A stretch of 64,000 nucleotides of DNA from Candidatus Giovannonibacteria bacterium RIFCSPLOWO2_02_FULL_45_28 (GCA_001780725.1 MFIM01000009.1:656-64655); one strand, 5' to 3'. Counted from the stretch's first letter, positions 44,751 through 54,912 are shown. Program-made: numbers and translations. Notes: a model not told the origin generated them from the sequence alone.

Positions 44751-46178
44751 ATGACGGTATTGCGCCTTTTCAACTTTCTAACGAGAAAAAAGGAGGTTTT
44801 TAGACCGCTTCGCCGAAATGTCGTGGGGTTTTATGCTTGCGGGCCGACGGTTTATAACTACGCGCACATCGGCAACCTCCGGACTTACATTTTTGAGGAT
44901 GTTTTGCGCCGTACATTGGAATACGCAGGATATAAGGTTAAGCACGTGATGAATATCACGGATGTGGATGACAAAATTATTAAAGGCGCAAACGCGACAG
45001 GCAAAAATATTCATACTTTTTCCGAGCCTTATAAAAAGGCGTTTTTTGAAGACATAAAAAAACTTAATATTTTGCCCGCGTGGAAATATCCGGAAGCCAC
45101 AAAACATATCAAAGAAATGGCCGCGCTGATTCTTAAACTTCTAAAATCCAAGCTGGCTTATAAAGCCGAGGGTTCAGTGTATTTTGATGTCTCAAAATTT
45201 AAAAACTACGGCAAACTCTCCGGATTAAAAAAAAGAGAATTAAAAATCGGTGCGCGGGTTGACGCGGATGAATACGAGAAAAACGCCGGAGAAGATTTTG
45301 TTTTGTGGAAAGCAAAAAAAACTGCGGAGCCAAATTGGCCCGCCCGCTTTGCGGGCGAGGCTCGCCCCCTTTGGGGGCGGCCTGGTTGGCATATTGAATG
45401 CTCGGCAATGTCTATGAAATATCTTGGAGCAAGTTTTGATATTCACGCCGGAGGGGTTGATCTATTATTTCCGCACCACGAAAATGAAATCGCCCAATCA
45501 GAGGGTGCGACAAATAAAAAGTTTGTGAAATATTTTTTGGAGGGAGAGCACCTTTTAGCAGACGGCAAAAGAATGGCAAAATCGGCAGGCATTTTTTTTA
45601 CTTTGCGCGATTTAGAAAAAAAAGGCTTCAGCCCCCTCGCCTTCCGGTATCTTGCGCTATCCGCTCACTACCGTTCACAGCTCAATTTTACCTTGGAGTC
45701 GCTGAAAGCGGCGGGAAATTCGCTGGAGAGGTTATGGGGGTTTGTGAGAATGCTTTCCGGAAGTCAGCAAGTTTTTTCGCGCTTAACCCTCCCTCGAAGC
45801 TCGGGGGGCTCCGACGCGTCTCAAAAACTTACTGACTTCCGTCAGCAATTTAGCTCCGCCATTTTCAACGACCTTAATACTTCAAAAGCGTTGGCTGTGG
45901 TATGGAAAATAGTCAACGAATACAACAAAAAGCCAGAAAAATTTAATGTTGGCGCCGTTTTGAGCCTTCTGTATGATTTTGACAAGGTTTTAGGACTCGG
46001 ATTACGCGAGGTGGTACAGGTAAAACCGACAAAAGAAATTTTAGCGCTTTCCAAAGAGCGCGAAAAAGCAAGAAAAGCCGGAAATTTCGCCGTTGCCGAT
46101 GAAATTCGCCGAAAAATAACGGCTATTGGCTGGCAAATCAAAGATACGCCGTCTGGGCCAGAACTTATTCACGCATAA
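44751..46178 (+). CDS. cysS: cysteinyl-tRNA synthetase
   Basis: CGPTVYNYAHIGN, WHIECSAM and a KMSKS-like RMAKSAG. Contains in-frame GC-hairpin inserts (ARFAGEARPLWGRP). Confidence 0.9.
   Translation: MTVLRLFNFLTRKKEVFRPLRRNVVGFYACGPTVYNYAHIGNLRTYIFEDVLRRTLEYAGYKVKHVMNITDVDDKIIKGANATGKNIHTFSEPYKKAFFEDIKKLNILPAWKYPEATKHIKEMAALILKLLKSKLAYKAEGSVYFDVSKFKNYGKLSGLKKRELKIGARVDADEYEKNAGEDFVLWKAKKTAEPNWPARFAGEARPLWGRPGWHIECSAMSMKYLGASFDIHAGGVDLLFPHHENEIAQSEGATNKKFVKYFLEGEHLLADGKRMAKSAGIFFTLRDLEKKGFSPLAFRYLALSAHYRSQLNFTLESLKAAGNSLERLWGFVRMLSGSQQVFSRLTLPRSSGGSDASQKLTDFRQQFSSAIFNDLNTSKALAVVWKIVNEYNKKPEKFNVGAVLSLLYDFDKVLGLGLREVVQVKPTKEILALSKEREKARKAGNFAVADEIRRKITAIGWQIKDTPSGPELIHA
45340..45377 (+). repeat. 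two GC-rich perfect mini-hairpins inside cysS (CGCCCGC-ttt-GCGGGCG and GCCCCC-ttt-GGGGGC)
   Basis: Read directly. Same class as the gltX and GT39 inserts. Confidence 0.55.
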
Positions 46179-46240
46179 TTCACTTTTGATCCACCGACGC
46201 GCTATTGTGTTTAAACATTTAAATATTTAAACTGTAAGCA

Positions 46241-47596
46241 ATGGCCCAAATGCTTTCCCCTTTTACGGTTTCCAGGATGCCTCCTCAAAATATTGAGGCC
46301 GAAATTTCTCTTTTGGGCTCGGTGCTTTTGGACGGAGGCGTCATTGACCGCGTTGTTGATGTGGTGAACGGAGTTGATTTTTATAAAAAAGAACATCAAG
46401 CAATTTTTGACGCGGCTGTGGCACTTTTTCAAAAACAAAAGCCCATTGATGTGCTTACGGTCGGCGTTCAATTAAAAGAACAGGGAAGATTTGACGAAGT
46501 TGGAGGCTCCGGCTACTTGACTACTTTGGTAAACAGCGTGCCAACCGCGTCTAACGCGGTTTATTACGCCGAAATAATCAGAAAGAAAAAGATTCTGCGG
46601 GATTTGATTTCTGTTTCTCACGAAATTTCCCGGATGGGCTACGAAGAGGGCGAGGATGTGGGAATTTTGATGGACGAAGCAGAGAAAAAAATCTTTTCAA
46701 TCTCGGAGCGTTCGCTTATTAAAGGATTTGAGCCTGTTTCTAGCGCGTTAGAAGAAGCGTGGGAGCGCATTGACCGGCTGCACAAAACCCAGGGCGGGTC
46801 TCTGCGCGGCGTACCTACAGGATTTAAGCCTTTGGATAACAAACTTTCGGGACTTCAAAAATCAGATTTTGTTGTTTTGGCTTCACGACCTTCTATGGGG
46901 AAAACTTCTTTCGCCATGGATATAGCTCGCCATGTATCTTTAAATGAAAATATCCCCGTTGGTATTTTTTCTCTTGAGATGTCACGCGATCAGCTGGTTG
47001 ACAGGCTGATTGCCGCCGAAGCCCATGTGGATATGTGGAAATTGCGCACCGGCCAGCTTTCTCCGGACGGCGACGAATTTGACCGCATTCGCGACGCGAT
47101 GGAAAAATTATCCAAAGCCCCGCTTTTTATTGACGACGAGGCCTCAATAAATATTTTGCAAATGCGCGCCAAAGCCAGAAGATTGCAAGCGGAAAAAGGC
47201 CTTGGGCTAATTATAGTTGATTATCTTCAGCTTATGGTGCCGAGGATTCAGTCGGACAGCATGGTTCAGCAAATAACGGAAATCTCGCGCTCGCTCAAAG
47301 CGTTGGCGCGCGAACTCAATATCCCGGTTCTCGCCTTGTCGCAGCTTAACCGCGCGGTGGAATCGCGCCCAAATAAAAAACCGCAGTTGTCGGATTTGCG
47401 CGAATCGGGAGCGATTGAGCAGGACGCTGATGTGGTTATGTTTATTTACCGCGAAGATTTGGTAAAAGAACATTCCGACCGTAAGAACCAGGCGGACATT
47501 TTGATACAAAAACACAGGAACGGTCCTACTGGCGAGGTGGCTTTATATTTCAATCCTGAAAAAGCGAGTTTCTCTGTTTTGGAGAAGGATTTATGA
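46241..47596 (+). CDS. dnaB: replicative DNA helicase DnaB
   Basis: PPQNIEAEISLLGSVL N-domain; Walker A GKTSFAMD; C-terminal RecA-like domain. Confidence 0.9.
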   Translation: MAQMLSPFTVSRMPPQNIEAEISLLGSVLLDGGVIDRVVDVVNGVDFYKKEHQAIFDAAVALFQKQKPIDVLTVGVQLKEQGRFDEVGGSGYLTTLVNSVPTASNAVYYAEIIRKKKILRDLISVSHEISRMGYEEGEDVGILMDEAEKKIFSISERSLIKGFEPVSSALEEAWERIDRLHKTQGGSLRGVPTGFKPLDNKLSGLQKSDFVVLASRPSMGKTSFAMDIARHVSLNENIPVGIFSLEMSRDQLVDRLIAAEAHVDMWKLRTGQLSPDGDEFDRIRDAMEKLSKAPLFIDDEASINILQMRAKARRLQAEKGLGLIIVDYLQLMVPRIQSDSMVQQITEISRSLKALARELNIPVLALSQLNRAVESRPNKKPQLSDLRESGAIEQDADVVMFIYREDLVKEHSDRKNQADILIQKHRNGPTGEVALYFNPEKASFSVLEKDL

Positions 47597-48243
47597 GCCC
47601 CAACTCCTTCAATGACCTAAAAGAGCTTTTAGAAAAACTGCCTGGGATCGGCCCGCGGCAGGCATCGCGTTTTATCTGGGCGATGCTGGATTTTGAGCCC
47701 AAAGAGCGAGAAAACATGGCTAGTTTGATAAACTCGCTGGATCAGCATTTAAAAAGGTGCGGTGAATGCCTCCGGGCTCACTTGGCGACTAAGTCCCCAA
47801 GTGGAGATTTGGCTACAGTTTGTTCTTTCTGCCAGCCAATCTCAAATCGCGATCACTCCAAAATTATGGTCGTAGAGCGCGACAGCGATCTTTTAAATAT
47901 TGAAAAATCAAAAATTTACGGCGGGCTTTACCATGTTTTAGGCGGGGCGCTGGACCTACTGGAAAAAGACGAAGGCGTGCGCAAGAGCATAAAATTTCTA
48001 AAGGTGCGCGCTGAATCAGGCAAGGTTAAAGAAATTATTTTGGCCCTCTCCCCTGTCAAACTCGGCGAGTTCACGGCCGGTTTTATAGAAAAAGTTTTTG
48101 AGCCGTTTTCAAAACCTGCCAGTCCGGCAGGCGGGTCACAAAAGCTGAAAATTTCCCGGCTCGCCCGCGGCCTCGCCACTGGCACAGATCTGGAATACGC
48201 CGACGAGACCACTCTGAAACAAGCTATTGACAATAGAAAGTAG
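47593..48243 (+). CDS. recR: recombination protein RecR
   Basis: LPGIGPRQASRF HhH, C4 zinc finger, Toprim, SRLARGLATGTDLEYAD. Confidence 0.9.
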   Translation: MSPNSFNDLKELLEKLPGIGPRQASRFIWAMLDFEPKERENMASLINSLDQHLKRCGECLRAHLATKSPSGDLATVCSFCQPISNRDHSKIMVVERDSDLLNIEKSKIYGGLYHVLGGALDLLEKDEGVRKSIKFLKVRAESGKVKEIILALSPVKLGEFTAGFIEKVFEPFSKPASPAGGSQKLKISRLARGLATGTDLEYADETTLKQAIDNRK

Positions 48244-48279
48244 GAGTGCTATGCTGGAAAGCAGAAAGGAGGGTCAAAT

Positions 48280-48498
48280 ATGGCTACATTTTTATGTCGT
48301 CGTCATCCAAGACCCAAGAAAGTACCGAAACGTTTTAAGAAAGCACACGAACGTTTTCATGCCCGGGGCAATAAACCCAAAACGTGTAAACCGCGCTCAG
48401 CGGCAGTGAAAGAAAATCTCCGACTGGCAAGAGCCGTGAGAAAACAAACTGGAAGGTTTGTCACAAAAACACTCTTTGAACAGAGCATGAGGGGTTAG
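48280..48498 (+). CDS. hypothetical highly basic small protein (72 aa)
   Basis: AAGGAGG RBS 6 nt upstream; K/R-rich. Function unknown. Confidence 0.4.
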   Translation: MATFLCRRHPRPKKVPKRFKKAHERFHARGNKPKTCKPRSAAVKENLRLARAVRKQTGRFVTKTLFEQSMRG

Positions 48499-48800
48499 AT
48501 GCCCACGATTTTCACTAGTGCCACAGTTTGTCTGTGGCCTTTCTTTTTGCGGTAGCGGGTCTTGGAGTGGTATTTGAAAGTTGTAACTTTGGGCAAACGT
48601 TTTTCGCCTAAAATTTCCGCGCTGACTTTTTTGCCCGCAAGATACGGGCGGCCGATTTCCACACCTTTTTCATCAGCAACTAAAAGAACCTTATCGAAAT
48701 TCCACTTTCCGCTTCCTGTCTCCAACTTCTCAATTTGTATTTTTTGTCCCCCAGAGACAAGATATTGTTTGCCGCCGGTCTCTATTACAGCTAATTTCAT
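48495..48800 (-). CDS. rplU: ribosomal protein L21
   Basis: MKLAVIETGGKQYLVSGGQKI..; 101 aa. Confidence 0.9.
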   Translation of the reverse strand: MKLAVIETGGKQYLVSGGQKIQIEKLETGSGKWNFDKVLLVADEKGVEIGRPYLAGKKVSAEILGEKRLPKVTTFKYHSKTRYRKKKGHRQTVALVKIVGI

Positions 48801-48811
48801 ATTGCTTCAGT

Positions 48812-49849
48812 TTACTCCATCTCCTCCGGTTTGTCCAGAAGTGCCGGCTCGTATTCGCCGCCTCTGCCGGCTATCCGCAAAACATCCTTGTCTATCTTTT
48901 TAAATTCTTTCTGGGCGCTGTTGTAGGCTCCAACTGTTTGCGAAAGGCCTTTGCCTATTTTATTGACAAAATCATCGTAGCTCAAAAGATGTTTGTGTAA
49001 ATTTTCCACCTGTTTTACGATATCCTGCGTTTGCTCGGAAATTTTTTGGTTTTTGAGGCCCTGCAGAACCGTTTGCAAATAAGCAAGAAATGAAGTTGGA
49101 GATACTACAATGACGCGTTTTTGGCCGGCATAATTTATCAGGTTCCTGGTGTCGTCCGCGACTGCCCCAACTTTATTTATAAGAAGATCATAATACACCG
49201 CTTCGGAAGGAATAAACATAAACGCGAAATCCATGGTGTTTTCTTCCGGCTTCACATATTTGGATGTTTCGTCAATGCGGATTTTGAGGTCGGCGACAAA
49301 TGCCTGCTCGTACCTTTTTTTCTCCATAGCATCGCGCGCCTCCAAAATTCTATTATAATTTTCCAGACTGAATTTGGAGTCAATCGGGATTATGCGCTTA
49401 TCCACAAAAACAACCGCGTCAACAATAACGCCGTCAGAAAAAGCATATTGCATTTGGTAGCTCCCCGGAGGCAGCACGTTTTTAAGCACGGTTTCCAGAT
49501 AATATTCGCCTAAAATCCCCCTTTGTTTTGGGTTCTTTAAAATATCCTGAAGATTTTTAAGCTGGTCGGCGAAATTAACTACCTGCCGATTTGTTTCGTC
49601 CAATTTGGTCAGACGTTCCGTCACATTTCTTATAATTTTCGCCGATTCGCTGAATTGGCTTTGCATTATTTTTGTTGACTCCCCCATTTTTTGGTCCATT
49701 GCCTGCCTGATTTCAGCAAGCTGCTGCTGGAGCATCAAAAGCGACTGGCTTTCCTGCGGCGAACTTTGTTTTTTTGAGAAAAAATAAAAAACAACGATTC
49801 CTGCAATCAAACCAAGCACTGCGGCTAAAATTGAAATTAGCTCACCCAT
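48812..49849 (-). CDS. rmuC: DNA recombination protein RmuC
   Basis: N-terminal TM, coiled coil, RmuC C-terminal domain (..VIVVSPTSFLAYLQTV..). Confidence 0.75.
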   Translation of the reverse strand: MGELISILAAVLGLIAGIVVFYFFSKKQSSPQESQSLLMLQQQLAEIRQAMDQKMGESTKIMQSQFSESAKIIRNVTERLTKLDETNRQVVNFADQLKNLQDILKNPKQRGILGEYYLETVLKNVLPPGSYQMQYAFSDGVIVDAVVFVDKRIIPIDSKFSLENYNRILEARDAMEKKRYEQAFVADLKIRIDETSKYVKPEENTMDFAFMFIPSEAVYYDLLINKVGAVADDTRNLINYAGQKRVIVVSPTSFLAYLQTVLQGLKNQKISEQTQDIVKQVENLHKHLLSYDDFVNKIGKGLSQTVGAYNSAQKEFKKIDKDVLRIAGRGGEYEPALLDKPEEME

Positions 49850-49874
49850 ATCAATTTTATAGCATAAATTTACT

Positions 49875-50918
49875 TTAAGGGACAGTTGGCTGGAAATTTT
49901 CGTTGATTATAACGGTTTTGGGCGCGATTTTTATTATTTGACCGTTTTCAAGCTCAACTTCAAACAGCAATCCGCGCATCGTATCTTCCGAAAAATCCTG
50001 ATCAAAAACAAAATTGCCAAGGCTGTAAGCAATATAACTATTTTTATATTGTTCAACCGGCTGGACGACGTGCGGGTGGCTTCCTATTACCAAATCCGCG
50101 CCCGCATCAATTAAACCGTGCGCGATTTCTTTTTGGCGCACGCTCGGCTCTTTGTGATACTCCTCGCCGAAATGCATTGAAATTATAACCAAATTTGACA
50201 TTTCTTTTGCCGATCTTACAGCCATTTCTGCCTCGGACTTGTCATACAAAAATGGCAAATTCACCATTCCTTTTATATCAGACAACGCTAAAAACGCGAT
50301 TTTTGTACCGCGGAGGTTGAGAATTTTTGGCGAATAATCCATTCCTACGCCAATAATGCCAGCGCTTTCTAGGCGTGCCGTGGTGTCTTTTGCCGCTTCT
50401 TCGCCCCAATCCCCGATGTGATTATTGGCCAAAGACAAGATATTGAAACCGGCGAAAGCAAGGGCACTTGTTGTTTTCGGATCCATGCGGAAAGAGTAAG
50501 ACGAACCTTGATTTTGGCCTTTGTCTGATATCGGTCCTTCAAGGTTTCCGAAAAGAACGTTGTATTGCTTCAAGGTCTCTTGAATTTTTTCAAAAGAAAA
50601 AAGAAAATCGCCTCCCCCGTTTTTTAAAATAGATTCTTTAACCCCTCGGTCAAGCATTATATCGCCGACAAATGCCAACAGGGCGCGCTCTTTTTCCAAA
50701 GAATCAAGGGCGGAGGCTAGATTTTGCTTTCTGTAAAAACGGTCGGTCTGAATTTGGCTCAAGTTTTCACGGGCCGACTCCATGCGCTGGTCATTTTGAG
50801 GATAAGCATGGCCAAAAACAATATTTGAGCCGAACCAAACAAAATAAACAGACAAACTTGCCGCAAGCAACGCCTTAAGCGTAAAGACAAGGCCTGTTCT
50901 GTCTAACGTAAAGTTCAT
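49875..50918 (-). CDS. CapA/PgsA-family metallophosphatase-like protein
   Basis: ALLAFVGDIMLDRG..SLANNH..ISMHFGEEY..GSHPHVVQP. Start moved to the internal Met (MNFTLD) to avoid overlapping the pilin gene. Confidence 0.7.
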   Translation of the reverse strand: MNFTLDRTGLVFTLKALLAASLSVYFVWFGSNIVFGHAYPQNDQRMESARENLSQIQTDRFYRKQNLASALDSLEKERALLAFVGDIMLDRGVKESILKNGGGDFLFSFEKIQETLKQYNVLFGNLEGPISDKGQNQGSSYSFRMDPKTTSALAFAGFNILSLANNHIGDWGEEAAKDTTARLESAGIIGVGMDYSPKILNLRGTKIAFLALSDIKGMVNLPFLYDKSEAEMAVRSAKEMSNLVIISMHFGEEYHKEPSVRQKEIAHGLIDAGADLVIGSHPHVVQPVEQYKNSYIAYSLGNFVFDQDFSEDTMRGLLFEVELENGQIIKIAPKTVIINENFQPTVP

Positions 50919-50922
50919 TGTC

Positions 50923-51441
50923 TTAATGATCCGCGTAGAGATTTGGGCTGTAGTTGAACGGTCCACCACACTGTGCTCCGCACCAAGGATTTTCTCCATC
51001 CGTATGGTATGAATAGCATTTTTTGGCGCAGATGTTGTCGTTAGATGGGTCTTCAAGTTGGGTTACCAAATCGTACTTTTGTGGATTCGTAACCGTATAA
51101 TATCCGTAAGCATATGAATAATTGCCTTCTATCCATGGGTCCGAGGCGTTGTTTCGGGGATCTTCCGGCAGAACTCGCAGATAAGGCTTGAGCGCGTCTC
51201 CGAGCTCGTCCCAAGAAGCGTCTGTGCTATAAACCCAGCCAGAAACTGGTGGGTATTCTTGGTAGTCCGAGTAATAAAGCTCAAGCGCTTTTTTAATTTC
51301 CGCGAAGTTGGAAATTCTCTCGGCATCCCTTGCTCTTTTTCGCGCGGTGTTCGCAGAAGTCAAAACAACCGCAAAAATAAGCCCGGCTATGCCTACCACG
51401 ACCATAAGCTCAATCAAAGTAAATCCCCTTTTGTAGTTCAT
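50923..51441 (-). CDS. type IV pilin/pseudopilin (prepilin N-terminal methylation motif)
   Basis: MNYKRGFTLIELMVVVGIAGLI is the class III signal (G/FTLIE). Confidence 0.75.
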   Translation of the reverse strand: MNYKRGFTLIELMVVVGIAGLIFAVVLTSANTARKRARDAERISNFAEIKKALELYYSDYQEYPPVSGWVYSTDASWDELGDALKPYLRVLPEDPRNNASDPWIEGNYSYAYGYYTVTNPQKYDLVTQLEDPSNDNICAKKCYSYHTDGENPWCGAQCGGPFNYSPNLYADH

Positions 51442-51458
51442 AGTTTAATTATAACACA

Positions 51459-52283
51459 CTATCTTCCATAAACCTCACTCAACTTAGCTCTGGTTAATGG
51501 TCCCGCAATTCCAGTAACTTCAATACCGTATTTTTGCTGGAATCTTTCAACGGCTTTTTTAGTCGGCTCGTCGTAATAGCCGGTAATTAATTGCTCCGGA
51601 TAGATGGCAGGATCTTTCATAAGATATTGCTGCAGCAGTTTTACATGTTCTCCGCTTTGGCCTATGGCATATTTGGAGGTGAGCGGTTGGAGCTGTGCGG
51701 AGGTTTTTTCACTTGGTTTTTCTTGCGGTAAAATATCCGGCGTTTTTTCGGACCAGCCTGCCGGATGAGCAGGTTCAACATCCGATGTTGAGGCGGGTGG
51801 TGTTTTCTTAGACGACGGCGCAATTAAATCAAGTGCGGCATTTTTAACGTCTCGTCCCAAAGAAACAACGTAATCACGCCAGGAAAAAATATTGTTTAAA
51901 AACGGCAATGAAAAAGATATTTTTGGTATTTTGATTTCCGGAAACGAAAATTCGGGTAGTGAAAGAGCCACAAGAGCCTTCGCGTAACTATTATTTATAG
52001 ATTTTTCCGCAGAGACAACGGGTAGTTTAATCAGCGGCCATTGCCAGACAATGACGCCGATCAAAAAAAATACCGTGAAAATCGGCATAAAAAATTTTAG
52101 ACCCGCATTTCTCGGCGCCAATGTTTTCTTCGCATCGTTTTGCGCATAGCCCAAAATCGTTTTATCCCATAAATCCACATTTTCATTATAGAGTTTTTTA
52201 AAAAATAAAAAAAGAAAATTTGGTAAAAAATCTGTGGATAAGTCGCGATTATCCACACCCCATGGATTCCTGCCACTAGACAA
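51459..52283 (-). CDS. membrane-anchored protein with C-terminal peptidoglycan-binding domain
   Basis: C-terminal GQSGEHVKLLQQYL..YDEPTKKAVERFQQKYGIEVTGIAG resembles the PG_binding_1 repeat. Confidence 0.5.
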   Translation of the reverse strand: MSSGRNPWGVDNRDLSTDFLPNFLFLFFKKLYNENVDLWDKTILGYAQNDAKKTLAPRNAGLKFFMPIFTVFFLIGVIVWQWPLIKLPVVSAEKSINNSYAKALVALSLPEFSFPEIKIPKISFSLPFLNNIFSWRDYVVSLGRDVKNAALDLIAPSSKKTPPASTSDVEPAHPAGWSEKTPDILPQEKPSEKTSAQLQPLTSKYAIGQSGEHVKLLQQYLMKDPAIYPEQLITGYYDEPTKKAVERFQQKYGIEVTGIAGPLTRAKLSEVYGR

Positions 52284-52315
52284 GCTTTATGCAAGTTTAT
52301 TAAACTTATGCCTAT

Positions 52316-52534
52316 ATGAGTAAGAAATACTTAACAATTAATCAGGCTGCTAAATTAATAGGCGTTACTCCTTTAACGCTGCGCAATTGGGATAACGCGC
52401 GTAAATTTCAGGCGTTCCGGCACCCGATTAATAATTATCGCGTGTATACCCTTGATCAAATTGAGGGCTTGCTAAAAAAACTCGGCATGCCAAAACCGGC
52501 GAAAAAATTAGTTATTCAGGTGCTGGAGGATTAG
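52316..52534 (+). CDS. small MerR/excisionase-type HTH DNA-binding protein
   Basis: LTINQAAKLIGVTPLTLRNWD..YRVYT. Confidence 0.5.
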   Translation: MSKKYLTINQAAKLIGVTPLTLRNWDNARKFQAFRHPINNYRVYTLDQIEGLLKKLGMPKPAKKLVIQVLED

Positions 52535-52543
52535 TAAATTTCC

Positions 52544-52900
52544 GTGTCCCAAAACGACATTAAAATTTTCATAGATTTTTTCCACGGCGCCTGCTTGAAA
52601 ATCCGCAAAGAAAAACCGGTTTTTCAAAGAGGCAAAGACGGAAAGCTTGTAAAAAACGCGTTGAGGACATTTTCCCGGACGCAGCTTGAGATGCTGGCGG
52701 TTTGGTTTTTGGCAAAAAAACACAAACTTGCTCCCGCCATAGGAACGATGTTTTCCAAAAAACTCCTTGAAGAATTGGAGAAAAAAATAAAAAGCCCGTC
52801 GTTTTGGAAAGAATTGGACGAGATTTTTGAAAAACACTATCCAAGACAAATTTCCTTAATAGAGCTAAAAAACAGCAATGATACTGCAAAAAGAAAATAA
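52544..52900 (+). CDS. hypothetical protein
   Basis: Sits between the HTH gene and def. No motif recognised. Confidence 0.3.
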   Translation: MSQNDIKIFIDFFHGACLKIRKEKPVFQRGKDGKLVKNALRTFSRTQLEMLAVWFLAKKHKLAPAIGTMFSKKLLEELEKKIKSPSFWKELDEIFEKHYPRQISLIELKNSNDTAKRK

Positions 52901-53396
52901 GGATTTGCGCAAAGCCGCTGAAAAAGTCACCGATTTAAAGTCTGCTGAAATAAAACATTTGATAGGGCGGATGGCCGAAGCGATGTTTAAAGAGCCTGAC
53001 GGGGTCGGTATTGCGGCGCCACAGATCGGAGAAAGCCTCCGCGTCTTTTTGGTAGCAAAGGATATTTTTGCTCCGTTGCCGGAAAGAGACGGCAAAGAAA
53101 AAAAAGAAAGGCAAAAAGAATATCTAGCGTTTATTAATCCAGTTATGAAAAAATATTCACAGAAAAAATCCAAGGATATAGAGGGCTGCCTATCGGTGCG
53201 AGGATTTTACGGCGAGGTTCAGAGGCCGGAAAAGATTTTTATTGAATATATTGACGAAAGCGGAAAAAAACATGCCAGAGGGGCAAGTGGGCTTTTTGCG
53301 CGCGTAATTCAGCACGAACTGGACCATTTGGAAGGCGTTTTATTTATTGACAAAGCAAAAAACATAAAACGCCTGGATTTTAAACATGAAAAATAA
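52878..53396 (+). CDS. def: peptide deformylase
   Basis: GIAAPQIG, EGCLS, QHELDHLEG. Confidence 0.9.
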   Translation: MILQKENKDLRKAAEKVTDLKSAEIKHLIGRMAEAMFKEPDGVGIAAPQIGESLRVFLVAKDIFAPLPERDGKEKKERQKEYLAFINPVMKKYSQKKSKDIEGCLSVRGFYGEVQRPEKIFIEYIDESGKKHARGASGLFARVIQHELDHLEGVLFIDKAKNIKRLDFKHEK

Positions 53397-54105
53397 AATC
53401 GTTTTCTTCGGCGGCTTTAAAGGGTTTTCTGAAATATATCTCAATGCTCTCAAGAGCGCCGGTTTTGAAATTGTCCCTCGGGCCGAAGACGCGGATTTTG
53501 GCGTGATCGCTTATTACGGCAAGATTATACCGAAAGCCGTTTTGGAGCTTCCCAAGAAAGGCTTTCTGAACGCTCATCCCTCGCTCTTGCCACGCTGGAG
53601 AGGGCCGTCTCCGGTGCAGGCGGCTATTTTGGCCGGGGACAAAACCACCGGCGTTACTATACACATAGCGATTGAGAAGCCCGACGCTGGGCCAATTTTG
53701 GCCCAAAAAGAAATCCCGATACTGCCGCGGGATACTTGTTTAAGCTTAACCGGCAAACTTGCCGAGGAGGGGGCTTCTCTTTTAGTACAGACTGTTAAAA
53801 AATGGCTTTCTGGCGAAATTGTGCCCAAAGAGCAGGATAGTTCCAAGGCTACTTTTACAAAATTGATTAAAAAAGCGGACGGGGAAATAGACTGGTCAAA
53901 ACCGGCAGAATATATAGAGCGGATGGTGCGGGCTTATGATCCGTGGCCGGGGACGTATACTAAGATGAAAAACGGGAGGATTTTGAAGATAAAAAAAGCA
54001 GAAGTTGTAAACGGTGTTTTAAAACCCATCATTGTCCAGCCGGAAGGAAAAAAAGAAATGTCCTGGGAAGCATTTTTGCGCGGCCACCGCGATTGGAAAA
54101 TGTGA
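53386..54105 (+). CDS. fmt: methionyl-tRNA formyltransferase (short form)
   Basis: NAHPSLLPRWRG and a formyl-transferase N-domain; 239 aa. Confidence 0.8.
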   Translation: MKNKIVFFGGFKGFSEIYLNALKSAGFEIVPRAEDADFGVIAYYGKIIPKAVLELPKKGFLNAHPSLLPRWRGPSPVQAAILAGDKTTGVTIHIAIEKPDAGPILAQKEIPILPRDTCLSLTGKLAEEGASLLVQTVKKWLSGEIVPKEQDSSKATFTKLIKKADGEIDWSKPAEYIERMVRAYDPWPGTYTKMKNGRILKIKKAEVVNGVLKPIIVQPEGKKEMSWEAFLRGHRDWKM

Positions 54106-54106
54106 G

Positions 54107-54778
54107 TTAAAAAAGCATTGCTGCGCCTACGGCCACCGCGTTTTTGCCGAAAACGGACTTTGTGTGCCGCACGCCAAGCGCTTTTGCGAATTTGGCCGTG
54201 AAATTTTTTCTTTTTGACACTCCCCCGCCGACAATAACTCTCCTTATTTTATAAATTTTTACGGTTCTGCTTAATTGCTCCGCCAAAAAGTCTATTAAGG
54301 CGCGGTAGTCGCGCCCATCCCTTATTTTCTGGTATTTTTTTTCCCATTGCTCCGGATATTCAAATTTTCTGATTTTTAAAATTTTTCCGTTTTTGCCGAC
54401 GGCGCGCCCGACGCCCGTCCCCAGAGTCAGGAAGAGCGTCCTTTGCGTGTTTTTGTATTCCGCCTGCGCGAAACATCTTGCGTCGTGATCTATTTTTATC
54501 CTCGCGGCCGGAAAAAGAGGTTTGAAATTCAAATTTTTGATATACGATATGTTCGCTGCCGAAATAAAAACTGCGCCTTTGGCAGGACCGGGCACCGCAA
54601 TGCCTATTTTAGTAAAGCGGGCGGAGTGATTCAAAACCAGATTCCTTAGAGTTTTTTTAAACCCTCCCAAATTCTTCGGCGTTTTTACCTCGCGTGCTTT
54701 TATAACCCGCTTGCCGTTCCACCAAACAACTCTGATTTTCGATCCGCCAATGTCTATGCCTAAAACAGATTTTTTCAT
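54107..54778 (-). CDS. ROK/BadF-type sugar kinase-like ATPase
   Basis: LGIDIGGSKIR; ASKHA-fold glycine motifs. Confidence 0.45.
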   Translation of the reverse strand: MKKSVLGIDIGGSKIRVVWWNGKRVIKAREVKTPKNLGGFKKTLRNLVLNHSARFTKIGIAVPGPAKGAVFISAANISYIKNLNFKPLFPAARIKIDHDARCFAQAEYKNTQRTLFLTLGTGVGRAVGKNGKILKIRKFEYPEQWEKKYQKIRDGRDYRALIDFLAEQLSRTVKIYKIRRVIVGGGVSKRKNFTAKFAKALGVRHTKSVFGKNAVAVGAAMLF

Positions 54779-54780
54779 TG

Positions 54781-54851
54781 CTGGGGGGGAAGGATTCGAA
54801 CCTTCGTACCAAGCTCCAAAGGCTTGTGTCCTACCACTAGACGACCCCCCA
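54781..54851 (-). tRNA. tRNA-Gln (anticodon UUG)
   Basis: Folded by hand: U1-A72 acceptor TGGGGGG/CCCCCCA, anticodon loop CTTTGGA, T-arm GAAGG-TTCGAAT-CCTTC, discriminator G. Confidence 0.85.
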
Positions 54852-54883
54852 ATATTTTATTATTTTACTAACATTTTCATTTT

Positions 54884-54912
54884 TTGGCAATCGGGCGTCT
54901 TGGTGATATAAT
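54884..54912 (+). promoter_or_regulatory. near-consensus promoter (-35 TTGGCA, 17-nt spacer, extended -10 TGATATAAT) giving a leaderless GAF-gene transcript
   Basis: ATG at 54920 lies 7 nt after the -10. No Shine-Dalgarno sequence. Confidence 0.5.

Noticed and set aside
48227-48409. + strand 60-aa ORF overlapping the start of the basic 72-aa ORF
   Set aside because: Different frame without an RBS. The 48280 ORF has a consensus AAGGAGG.
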